Source: Dicyema japonicum (Eukaryota > Animalia > Dicyemida). From it: a DNA stretch of 64,000 bases. Location: the NCBI GenBank assembly GCA_011109175.1, contig RDEW01000032.1, positions 1-64,000 of the forward strand, written 5' to 3'. How positions within the stretch are numbered: the stretch's first letter is position 1; the number at the start of each line of letters is the position of its first letter. The notes beneath the pieces were generated by a model that worked only from the letters and a program-made list of their open reading frames with translations, made no database searches and was not told the DNA's origin. The position numbers were made by a program, and so were the translations under genes. Of this stretch, positions 47,631-59,399 are shown in pieces.

Positions 47631-49019
47631 TTTATTATAAATTTATGGTTCGCCATTAAAAAAATAAAAAATATATTTAATATTTATATTTAAAGTTAGT
47701 CATTTTAATAGTAAATAACTAATTTATCATTTTATTAATTAAGTTGACAACAAACTCTGAAAATGTCTGCTTTAAAACGAGCTTTCTGAGTTCGTTGCCA
47801 TATGACCAATAACCAACAAGAAAAATCAACGTGTACCAGGTAAGAAATGTTTATTGTTAAAATCAAAATGTCAAACATCGCTCACACAAACTGCATGTAT
47901 ATTCACATTCAGAATGGCGAGCGAGATTAGTTCAAATAACCAGCAGCGCTCAAGGGAATCTCCTGTTCGTACAGAAATCCGATTCAAGAATTTCAGCCTC
48001 TCAAGAGCAATGTTTAAATAAAATTGGATATGGGAACAAATGTCAAAAATATCAATTACATAAAATATTTGCAATAAACTAGGGAAATTATCATGACTCT
48101 AATATGTTTAAGAAACCTTAAAATTATTATCACTTCTTGGATAGATCTTTTGAGTTCCAAATTAAATATTTTATAATACTTTGTAATAATCTCATATAGG
48201 TGACCTAAATAAGAATTTCATTTATCAAATTCAAAAAAATCAATTCTAGTATAGGAATATAACTGAGTCTTTGTAGACAATCCGATCCGCCGTAAAGTAA
48301 TCACTTATTACGCCGTTTCTTGTCAAATCACTACAACCAATAATAATTATTTATGGCAAGTTGACTATAAAATAAAACCATTTAGGAGTTTTAATCAATA
48401 TTGGTCGCTACACAAATATTTAAAAAAAACTCAAAATGACTTTCTTGTATTAAATAGGGTAATTTTAACTTGGCCTAAAAATTCAAAAATTTGACATAGA
48501 TTTCATTAATAAGGTTTCAGAAACATAGACGACAGATGTGGAAAAGATGTATGTATTATAAAAATTTCAACAAATTTCAATCAGAAAGAATATATCTCGC
48601 TACATCTGATGTCGACAAAAAAATTGATTTAACTATTGAAAAACTATTAAGTTAGTTTTACAATAAATAATCGACGAGAATACCATTCAACCATAAAAAA
48701 CATTATAGAAACAATCATAAACTAGTTAAGGAAGATGGCAATATTTAGTCCTGTGAAACCTATGTCAATGATCAAGGTCTTTATTCCGTGTCGAAATAGC
48801 ATTGAGTTTACGATTTTATAACGTAATCTCTTAACCAATCTGACACAACAGTTGGCAATTAGTGCCATAATACAGATTGCTCAATACAGGCAGGACACAG
48901 TCTTTGTTGTAATTGTGTTGAAGAAGATTACGCTTGCAAAATTTTGCAACTTAAAAAGAGTATATTTCAAGATAAAAATGCGCAAGCAAGATCATAAGAA
49001 GTATTGTTAGTTATCCAAT

Positions 49020-49250
49020 AGTACATTACAAGTTCCCACCTCAAAAAAGAGGTGGAGAAGTAGATTCGCCCTATTCCATTTTCATCAAACGTCCTTCCGT
49101 CAAAGACATCACTTCATTCTTTGGCGAAATAGTTTTCATAATGTACTATTCACCAGAGGATTTGGGCAGGGAGAAGGTAGGAAGATCACTTATACTATGT
49201 CGTTCCAGAAAGACTCGTCGCCTTATGGGTTGACGAGAATTGACGTTAAT
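49020..49250 (-). mobile_element. SINE family 2 body
   Basis: Collinear with 57020-57260 (cattacaag...agaggtgg.gaagtag...catcacttcattct...gactcgtcgcc). Confidence 0.75.
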
Positions 49251-49442
49251 TCAATATTTCATCTTTCAGAGTCGAAACCATATCATCATACGTTAAGTTC
49301 AGCCAGAAAGCCATTCTCCCATCTAGGATCTTCATTTCGTTGTGACCATGTAGTAATAATCTGTATTAATACAAATCCAAAGCTACGAAAAATAAGTAAA
49401 AATAAGTTTATTAGAAAAAATGAGCGATTATGACACAATAAA

Positions 49443-51767
49443 TTAATCAGATTCCTCCTCAGCGGTCCTTAGCCAGTCAACAAACGGAAGAACAATCTGT
49501 TTTACTTTCGGATCAGTCACTTGTTCATACCAAGCTAAGACAGCTTCTTCATATACAATATCAAGCTCATAAAGGATCATCAAAACACGTGGAAAACACG
49601 CGATCAAATCTTCATCAGAAGTAATGAAGTACTCCTACCATACAGCCAAAGCACAAAACCAGGAGACCTCGCAGAGAATCCACCTGTGCATCGATTGTCT
49701 TTAAATAGAACTGCAAGACAGGGGCCATGTGCTGAAGGATTCGTTGAAATCGTTTTATAGCCGTCTCAGTCTCAGACGGGAATCTCAAAAAGACCACAAT
49801 AATGATCTCTTGTAACTGAGACGACGACAGAACGCACGTGAGTCTATTATAAAGCATAAAATTACTTTAATGAGTTCAACTCGAGTATGAGGTTGTCCAC
49901 GGTGGGAGGTTTATTAGCAGCGTACCTTTTGATCGTCTCATGGGCTTCTGAAATGAAATGAGAGACGTAATCTGCTATTTCACTTTCTTCCTCATCACTA
50001 TGTTCACTTTCCTCGATTTGAATCCCCCATCGAGAGGATGACTTCAGCTCATCCCCAAAGTTTTTGTAAAAGTAAGCAAACTCAGAAATGCACACACTTT
50101 TCCCTGACCCTAACCTAAACCACGTAAATCAACCTGTATTCGAATCATTGGGGCAACTGACAACTCTTGTAGATGAAAGGGAACAGATGTCATTAAATTT
50201 TACGCCACGACCGAAGACCACTCCGGATGAGGTTGAAGAATTTGGAGGAATTTGAGAGTTAGTCCCGAAAATTGAGTCCGAGCAAATTGAGTGATGCCCA
50301 ATATAACAATCGTCGTGAATAATACAATTTTTGAGTGTACTATTCTGGATAACCACATTCGAGCCAATACAACAGTTTTCTAGCGAAGAGGAGTCGATTT
50401 TAGAATTTATGCCAATAATTGAGGACTTGATCCTCGATTTAATGTCAACGTTGGCTGTTTGATGTACAAATGTTTTATATTTCTTCAAGTAAATATAGCC
50501 GTTTAAATGGAGAGGTATGGTTTCATCCGTTAAACGAGCCATTGAATAAGTTCCCATTGAGTTTATTGGTAAAATATAATCGTCGGTTATATGGACATAA
50601 ACGTTGTTGACATAACCTAAAATAAAAATTCATGAATGGTTAACAAAAAATAATAAAATGTGTGGGAAAATAAATTTAATATGGAGATAAACTTGAAAAT
50701 TCCCCACAACAGACAAATCTACTCATCTCAGCGAATGTCTGGTGTATAACTTCCCTGTTAGCCATCGCATCCTTCACTTGAAGGGACTGATGATAATAAA
50801 TATAAAATATTAAGTAAATAGATAAAGGTGAATAAAGTATCAAAATTTAACTAAATAAATTGTTTCAGTATAATAAACGTATAATGTTATTTAAGGTATA
50901 ATTAAATTATTTTTATATGGTTAACCAAAAGTAATTCAATTGGCGGGCATAATAGTTCAAAAATTACAGCACCTGTTGGTTCTTGCAGTAATCATGCAAA
51001 TAGTCATCAAGTGAGTGAAAGTCAAAGTTATCAACGAAAATTGTGAGAAACAGTGGAGAACAGATCGCCACGTTAGTTTGAACAACATTTACAAGCGAGG
51101 TCAAATCTCCATTCAGTTTATTATTTTCCGCAAGTCTAGATAGAATCTACGGATTAAAACTAATCAAACCTCATGCATTTTAATAGCACGTGGCTTGCTG
51201 CCATAGTCGTAGTCAATTAGTAAATTCTTGTTATCAACTGTGAGATTAACAAAAGCTTGAATCTCTTGTAAACGTTTGTTCCAGTTTTGTAGAAAACTGT
51301 AGTTATAAAAGGATCTTTCTTGTTTTTGTGGTGTTTAAAGACTTCAGAAAAGTTTTAATCTTGAGACTATCGGGTTTGAATAAGCAAAAAATGTCTGAAA
51401 ACAAGTTCATAGCAAAAGCAAGCCTCAATACATCTCCAACACTCTTGCATTCTTCGTTAGTTATAAATCTAATTTTTAACTTGACAAATTTTGCCCGCGC
51501 ATTACTAAAATAATATATTATTTACGGTTCACCAACGTAAATATTTTAAAATAGCTTCGTCTTCTAGACGAGAAAATATAGTGACCTCGTCAACGTCTGA
51601 ACAATACAAATTCCCAAGAACAATATCCATTATAGGAACATTAGATACTGGTAATAGACTCTAAAATATTACTTCTCTAAACCTCGTGTGTATCTATGTT
51701 TAATGGAGCCAATCGGTCATTAAATAAACAAGAAATATATAAAGCTTTAAAATTTTCCTTCTTCCAT
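49443..51767 (-). CDS. EIF2B5: Translation initiation factor eIF-2B epsilon subunit, multi-exon
   Basis: KALYISCLFNDRLAP...SLLPVSNVPIMD; AICSPLFLTIFVDNFDF; a left-handed beta-helix (CCIGSNVVIQNS); VDNLILELNSLK; and W2 end LYELDIVYEEAVLAWY...FVDWLRTAEEESD*. Confidence 0.93.
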
Positions 51768-51889
51768 CACATAAATTAAATAATCCACATGTCTTATATT
51801 AAAATATATTATTTTAATTTTTAATATTATTTTAAATTTTTTAATATAACGAGTTAATGTTATTCTTCCTGTGTAATTAATTTTAGCGT

Positions 51890-54480
51890 GCGTCATGTGG
51901 TTCACCGTTTCTGTTGGCGTCGGATATAGTCCTAAACTATATCTAAAAAGAACCATTTGCTCTCTACCAACCAGAGGACTTCCCACTGGACGGCATTCTC
52001 TCACTGTTGGAACATTCTATCGATTGAGACTGTTGACCTCAGGAGACGTGGAACAAAACCCAGGCCCAAAGAAGTTAACAATCCAAAGCTTAAACATAAA
52101 CGGGATCAGAGGAAAAATTGCCGAACTTTCCTTATTCTTGGAGAGGAACAGAGTGGACATCTGCCTTCTCCAGGAAACGAAACTTTCAAATAACATTCCT
52201 ACTCCTCTCTTTAACGGATACAACACAGTAAGATCCGACCGCCCATCTGGCCAAGGAGGGGGTCTACTGACTCTTGTGAGAAAAGGAATAAAATACCTCG
52301 AGAACCCTTCTCTTTACAAGAGCTTAATGGAAGACTCGAACACGGAGATAATTGGAATCTCTGTTATAACTTCCATTGGAAAAATTGAAATTGCGAATGT
52401 TTATGTTCCTCCTCCTGGCTCCTGCAAGAAAAATTTCTCCTTTGACCTATCTACCTTGGACAAACTGGAGAACTTGCTTTTATGTGGAGACCTGAATGCG
52501 AAGCACCCTTCTTGGTTCCGCTACCAATCCGCTGATAACAGAGGAAACCTGCTATTATCCCAAATGCAAAACTTAATAATCATCAACAACCCGAAAAGAA
52601 CACTAGGACACCATACAACACAAAGGACATGGTGACATCTCCGGACTTATCCGTCTGCTCACCTCGTCTTTCCCGATCATTAATTGGACGGTCCGTTATG
52701 ACCTCCGGAGCGACCACCATTCAATGTTAATGAAGCTGAACTGCGAGCCACGCTTTGTACCGAAGCCTATTCATTTCTATGATTACAAAAATGCAAATTG
52801 GACTGGCTTTACAAATTTCGTTGATTCAAATCTGCAACATTTCCAACCCTTAAATTTCTCCTCCATAGACAAAGCTGCTATTTCAACAAAACAATCATTG
52901 ACGGAGAAATATTTTTATCAGAAAAGCATATATAAAAAACGAAAAATTGAAATACGACTCAAAAACAAAGAAAATAATTATGGAAAGAAACTACCTTAAG
53001 AAAATGATACATCGTTCACGAGAGGTTATTAATCGAATCAGGTCACTAAACATTCTTATCACGAAAAGCACAAACAACACCCAAAGGAAGAAACTCATGC
53101 GAATCTCTGCTGCCATGAATAATCAGACCTCAATTTCCAACATTTGGAAGATGTTGAGGCGTCTGAAGAACCCAGAATACGAAGATAACAAAGAACAATG
53201 CCAGCTCAATCTGAATAAATATATGAAACATTGTATTCGAATCAGTCACATTCCTTATAAAAAGATTAACACACAAACGAAAATAAAGAGAAAGCCATCC
53301 AAATTTGCCCCGCTGATTTATTTTCTCCCTAAAGATGTATCCAAAGCAATATCAAATCAGAAAAAAACAAACTCATGTGGCCCAGACGGAATTCCTCTTA
53401 TTCTGCTGAAACACTTGGGCCCAGCATCAATAAATGCATTAACAACATCTACAACACATCGCTGAACATAAATACCATACCGACTTTATGGAAACTATCA
53501 AAAATTCGACCAATATTGAAGCCGGGAAGACCGAAGAACGATCCCGGCTCTTACAGACCAGTTTCCCTTATATGTGTTTTGTCGAGGATCCTGGAGAAAC
53601 TGGTCCTAAAAGTTATTCGCCCTTTTCTCCCACAACCTACATTCCAACATGGCTTCAAGGAAGGATTATCAACAACCTCCTTCCTAACAACATTAATGAA
53701 GTTCATAACTGAAGGACACAAGAACAAGCCAAAACAGGAAAAATCGGTCATATGTACGATCGATATTCAAAAAGCTTTCGACTCTGTCCCAAGGAAGATC
53801 CTCATACGAAAAATATTTTTGACAAAAATTGATGCACCATTAAAGTTATGGTTAGCAAATTTCGTAAGTGGACGCCGAGGGAAAGTATCCGTCGGAAACA
53901 AGAGTTCCAGATCGGGATTATTACCCAATGGTGTACCCCAAGGATCTCCTCTGTCACCAATCCTTTTTAATTTGTTTTTGAGTGATCTCCCGTACCTATG
54001 AATAATAATGACATGCTACTTTCTATGCCGATGACATAGTTGTCGCATCTAGAGACGTAAACGTCGAACATGCTAAGAAAGACTACAAGGAATACTAAAT
54101 AACATATATGGATGGTTGTGCGAAAATCGATTAAATGCATGTTCCGAAAAGTCAGCAGTCACTCTATTTACTAAGAATAGAAAGATGGGAACGCAAACAA
54201 TTGATGTCACGTTAAATGGAGTACCTATACCACAAAAGAAATCGCCGAAGATAATGGGAGTAACTTTTGATACTTTCCTCTGCTTCTCAGCCCATGTGGA
54301 ATCTATCATATCAACCTGTGCAAAGAAGATCAATTTTGTAAAGGCCTTCCTTTGGAACTGTGGAGGAATTTATCCGCCAGGTATCGGGACCCTCTACAAG
54401 CAGTATGTCGAGCCAACAATAGGCTATGCATGTGCTGCATGGGGATCTAACCTGTCGGCAACGAACCTAACAAAAATTCA
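51890..54480 (+). mobile_element. APE-type LINE (Jockey-like): short leader, 2A, APE and RT, with frameshifts; 3' end lost
   Basis: LLTSGDVEQNPGP, SLNINGIRGK, CLLQETK, CGDLNAKH, SDHH, GSYRPVSL, IDIQKAFDSV, GVPQGSPLSPILF and YADD. Confidence 0.95.
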
Positions 54481-54659
54481 AGAGATGATTTTTGGAAAAA
54501 AACTTTGTGAAATTTTAATCGAAGGTATTCCAATATTCGATTCAATAAACTTTAAAATGACAATTCTTGTTTGTTTTATTATCGTGTATAGTTAAGTTTT
54601 ATAAAAACAATAATAAACAATGAAAACGTGTTAATAAATTAAAATTATTTTAAATTAAG

Positions 54660-54789
54660 AGACATGGCGGATTCATTAAAAAAATCTGGAGGATTCGAGA
54701 ATTTTTGTTACAAAAAATGGCGGATTAGAGAATTTATTAGTTATAATTGGCTGATTCGATAATTGGCGGATTCGAGAGACTTTACTGTA
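54660..54789 (-). mobile_element. pogo/Tigger-like transposon end with subterminal ggcggattcga repeats
   Basis: Five imperfect gg(c/a)ggatt(c/a)ga repeats end in actttactgta, i.e. TA-CAGTAAAG on the minus strand. Confidence 0.55.
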
Positions 54790-57019
54790 TTATTGAGGAG
54801 TTTCTCCGAGGAAAGCACTTGCTTTAATCCAAGTATGCAAAGATGATGATTGAGGTCAAATCTCTATTACCTGAATTTTTTTATTATGCCTATGACAGTG
54901 TTTTTCGGGTTCATTAAAGTATATTCAATTAAGCACACTTTGAGGGAGTCCGAGAACGCCTGAATTTTCTCATTCTGACTATGACGGTGGTTTTCGGTTA
55001 ATAAATTTAATTTAATCAAGATCTCTTAGTTTGTCTACAATACCAATACTGACCGATCTATGGGAGCGACAGTCATTTTCAGCGTCTTCTAAATGGCTGC
55101 TGGCTTCCTACAAGATAGTTAGATCGGGGTTACTTAATTAAGCACTCTCTATATATCATGGTCATTACTCATGACAGGGCATATACAACCCAAGAACTTG
55201 TTATTCCCATGAACAAGGATGCTAAAGGGTAGGTCTGGAAGATAATTTTTGTATACACGAAAAAAAGGTGTAAAAGCCAAATAATAAAGTTATCCCAGCT
55301 TCGAGCAATTCTCGGAATCTTGTTTACAGTTCCACTAGTAATCCCAATGTGAAGTATCTCCTTGAATTTCTACAGAAAACCTAGGTTGGAATGTCTTTCT
55401 TTAAAACTTAACGTGATTTTTCTGCATGATAACATGGCGATTTTTGTCAATAAAGTAAAAAATCGATATTTTCTTTAAAATTGTTTAAAACTTATAAAAA
55501 TGTAGTTTTTAATCAAAAATATTATATTAATCAAAAGTTATAAAGTCAAAAAGTCAGAATACCTTATTGGAATAATTTCTGATTCAAAGAAAATATTTTT
55601 AATATTTGTCGTCATTGTCTTCTCTTAGATTATTTGTCAGATAATTGACGATGTTCTAAACGATTTTGAGTTAGATCGCGAAGACGCTGTTGAACATTCA
55701 GATATTGCATTTCAGGGACGATTTATGTGGAATCGGGAAGTACTAGAATCAAGATTATTTGTCAATCAAGTGCTTTCTATCACAAAAGTGGAAAAACAAC
55801 ATTTTTCTACATGTGTATGTATACAACTATCTGAAAAGTGTAATTCCACATCATTAGTTGAGATAAGTTTTTCTTTATTTGAAAAATTACTATCTTTTTT
55901 AAGATCATTTTTTATTCATTTTGGTCAAAAATAAGTTAGTTAGTTGCCGCTTTTACTGCGTGGCTGTTCGCTCTCAGAATTGCGAGTGAAATTCAATCAA
56001 AAAGCCAGCGGACCGAAATTTTAAAATTTATAACGTTTTGAATTACATTATTCTGTATTTTAATAAAGATTTTAATTAGTTTTTTTTATATTAAACAAAT
56101 TTTTTGTAGATTAATTTATCATAAAGTCAATTTTTAGGTCAAAATTTCCGATTTATAAAGTCAAAATAAAAATCAGTATAATGATAACTTTTACGCAAAG
56201 TTTGTTTCTTGGATTCCTTGCAGAAACGGAGGAAACCATGGAATTGTTTCTTATAAATAATTATAAAAGATAATAACAATCGATTCTCATCGTGTAAGTG
56301 GAAAAGACGCACATTTTTTACGGATGAGGAAACTTGCAGATCTCCAAGTGAAACAGGCGTATTTGACAGTCGAAACTGACGAGGTTACCCATTAATCAAT
56401 CATATAGAATCGGAGACTCAGGATTCCTATGGGACCTTGTTAGGAAGTAAGCGTGATATTAAATCTGTTGTTAAATTGTTTTTTCAGATTATTAAGACCA
56501 TCGTGTTCCTTTGTGTTATTAGTAGAGCATTTGGGGATTGATAACTATAATAACATAGTTTTTCCGTAGCCTTGGTGTCAACAAGCTTCTGGGACGTCTT
56601 CCATGAATATTTTTTTCTTATTTCAATCAGACATCTGTATTTCGACAAAGTTGTGTAATACACTTTCACAATATGAAAACTTCATTTTTGAAGGGCTAAA
56701 AAATGGATTATTCGCAAAATCTTTTATAACTCTGACCTTTTTTTTACAAATATTAATAAATTAAAATTACCTCATCTCCAGTTTTAAATGAATATTTGCA
56801 TTGATGTACACACATTTATTATTCATTTTCTTAAAATTTGCTGAATACAATTTTTAAAAATATGTTGTATTAATTTCATGATTACTGTTTTTTTTCACAT
56901 AAGATGTTGTTATTATTATTAACCCCATTGATAGCCCAGCACAAACTGTCATAACTAATTAATCCAAGGAAGGAACCAATGGGAGAACATCTGATTGTGC
57001 TGACCAAATCCATCTTTCA

Positions 57020-57350
57020 ATACTTCATTACAAGCTTTCCGCTTCAAAAGAGAGGTGGGGAAGTAGGTCCACCTTCTTCCATTTCGTCGCACGTTCTACC
57101 GTCGCGAACATCACTTCATTCTTCAGCGGAATAGTTTTTTCATAATGTAATCTTCAACAGAGGATTTGGTCAGGGAGAGATAGGAAGATCCCTTTCAACT
57201 ACTGTATTGTGCCAGAAGGACTCGTCGCCTCATGGGTGGGATCTGTTTGACAAGAATTGACCTTCGCTGAAAACTCCATTTTCCGGATTAGAACCCACGA
57301 CCTTCAGATCCGGACGTTGAAGCGATCACATAATGCTATTGCATGGGAAA
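57020..57350 (-). mobile_element. tRNA-derived SINE family 2, near full length
   Basis: Head with B box gggttctaatcc. Body shared with 49020-49250 and 23290-23420. Confidence 0.72.
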
Positions 57351-57429
57351 TTTTAAAATCTTTCCTATTATCCGATTGTTAGATTCGGCTGGTACATAAT
57401 CCAATCCAAAGAGATTTCTTTGAGTTTTA

Positions 57430-57990
57430 TCTACTATATTTTTCATATTTTTTGTGAATGCATATTTTGGATATATATCAATTACAGTGAGAAGTCATTT
57501 GAAAGATTCATTGTTTTCATTAAACCTTGAATTTATTTAATAACAAAGTCTTATCTTTTTAGATCAACCAGGTATATTTGAAGTCTTTCACTCAGCTGAG
57601 AAGCTATAATGTGATTTTCAGGATCCATTTGCTTCAGTGGTGTTGAAAAACGACAAGTGTTCACGTTCTAACACCAATAATTTCTTTTTCCACGAAAAAT
57701 ACCTTTATTGCAATACGGTTCCAATGTATTGCGTCCACAATGGGTCAATTGATAAATTTCCATAACCATTAATTCCATCTCTTCATGATTATCAGAGATG
57801 ACAACTTTGTGGTTTTCATTAGTGTCTTTAAGATATAACCTCTCATTGATAGATAGAAAATTCTTTGACTTTTGAGTTACTCGTTATCGTTAATTTTTTT
57901 GTTTTACCATTAGATCTATCCCTTTTTCTTCCAATATTTGATTTATATCATGATATTACTGGGTTGTTTTGACACGACAATGAGCCAACA
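57430..57990 (-). mobile_element. Ginger/KRBA2-like DDE integrase remnant (zinc-finger region and start of core)
   Basis: LTHCGRNTLEPYC and NHIIASQLSERLQIYLVDL (compare ER.QIDLIDL of this integrase group). Many stops. Confidence 0.55.
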
Positions 57991-58129
57991 ACATACTTTA
58001 TAAAGCACGCCTGTATTATACTATTTAAAATTTTAAAAACTGTTGCGCTTCCAAAAATATTTAAATTAGAATTTTTAATTTTAAATATAATAAATAAATA
58101 AAACATGTTTAAAATTTTATAAAAAAATG

Positions 58130-58480
58130 TTGGCCCATGTGGTGCTACGTGGCTAATTGGTTAAAGTTTTATGCTTGTTTTGTTTGTTCCTTCCCTTTTT
58201 TCCTATTAGAGTGGCGTCATGTGATCCATCTGTCTAGGTGGCGCCCAGTTCCAAGCCGGTACGAAAAAGGATAATTTGCTTTCCCTCACTCCACTGGAGG
58301 GATTTCCACAACTGCAATTAATGGACGTCTTTTCCCTTTTATGCTAATTCCAGATGGAATCTATTTCTGTAGAAGTGGAATCTGGATACATTTAATTAAC
58401 TGTTCACTTATGTATGAAATTCTAAATTCAACCATTGGGTAACGCGTAGCGCCTGTGACATAATACTTGTTACATCTATT
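58130..58480 (+). mobile_element. SINE-like repeat family 3
   Basis: Homologous to the reverse complement of 22740-23060. Confidence 0.55.
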
Positions 58481-58699
58481 CCGGTCCGAATAAAAAGAGA
58501 TCTCTAAGCCTTTGTGAAAATAATGTTTCCTTAGTTCAAAACCTCATGTTTCCAATGTCTTCCAAGTCCGTCATTTAATTAATTTGCTTTTAGGAAGAAA
58601 AAAATATTTCATCCCTCATAAATAGGGGTGATAAAATTAAATTTTAATATTTTATGTTACCGTCCGTACCTGGAACTCCACAAGAACCAATCAAAACAA

Positions 58700-58810
58700 A
58701 AATTAGTTTTCAGGATAAATTTATTTTCGACCCCAAATATTTCATTTTTGATCACCTGGATTGATTTTAGACCCCTGGGGGTCGAATCGACCCCAGGTTG
58801 AGAACCTCTG
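58700..58810 (-). mobile_element. hAT-like transposon end
   Basis: Reverse complement cagaggttctcaacctggggtcgattcgaccccc matches the CAG(G/A)GGTTCTCAACCTGGGGT terminus pattern. Confidence 0.55.
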
Positions 58811-58849
58811 ATTTATATGATGATATATAAGTTAAATCAATTTCCTAAA

Positions 58850-59330
58850 AAATGGTTATCATCCGTTTCTTCTAGTGATGGAACTCTGGGAAAATATCAA
58901 TCCAGTCTGGGAGATGTTGTATTCAGCAACAATATTACCAATCACTAGACCACCAAACATGCTCTTTTTAAGATATTTAATGGAGTGGATTATCCGCCAG
59001 AAATATCTGATGAACGCCTAAATAGATTACTACAGTATGAAGAAGATGAAGACCTATCTTTGTCACTAAATTCTGCACGAAGGCATACTTTGGAAGCTGC
59101 AGAAAAAATGCGAAAAAATAGAAGATGAAAAATGAAGAATCGCTGAATGTAGGAGACAGAGTCATTCTACGAATGGACTGTGACTACAATCAAACAACGT
59201 AAAAAGGTCAATTATATGAGCACATGGACACTACAGTTTAACTAGTAGTGGATTTACAAGGCACTATGGTCCACACAGATGGTGGCCACTCGGAAATAAT
59301 GATTGTCCACCAAATCCGAGTTAGAACATT
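58850..59330 (+). mobile_element. Ginger/KRBA2-like integrase C-terminal remnant
   Basis: H.TTKHA..IFNG-like segment and NVGDRVILRMDCDYN. Stops and frameshifts throughout. Confidence 0.45.
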
Positions 59331-59399
59331 ATTTTAAATGACTTTCCATTCAAAAAATATTTTTTAATCTTATTGGCTTAATGTGCAGATTAAATTAAA

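Noticed and set aside
55640-55934. Isolated open exon-like segment (IIDDVLNDFELDRED...)
   Set aside because: No start, partner exons or family could be supported.
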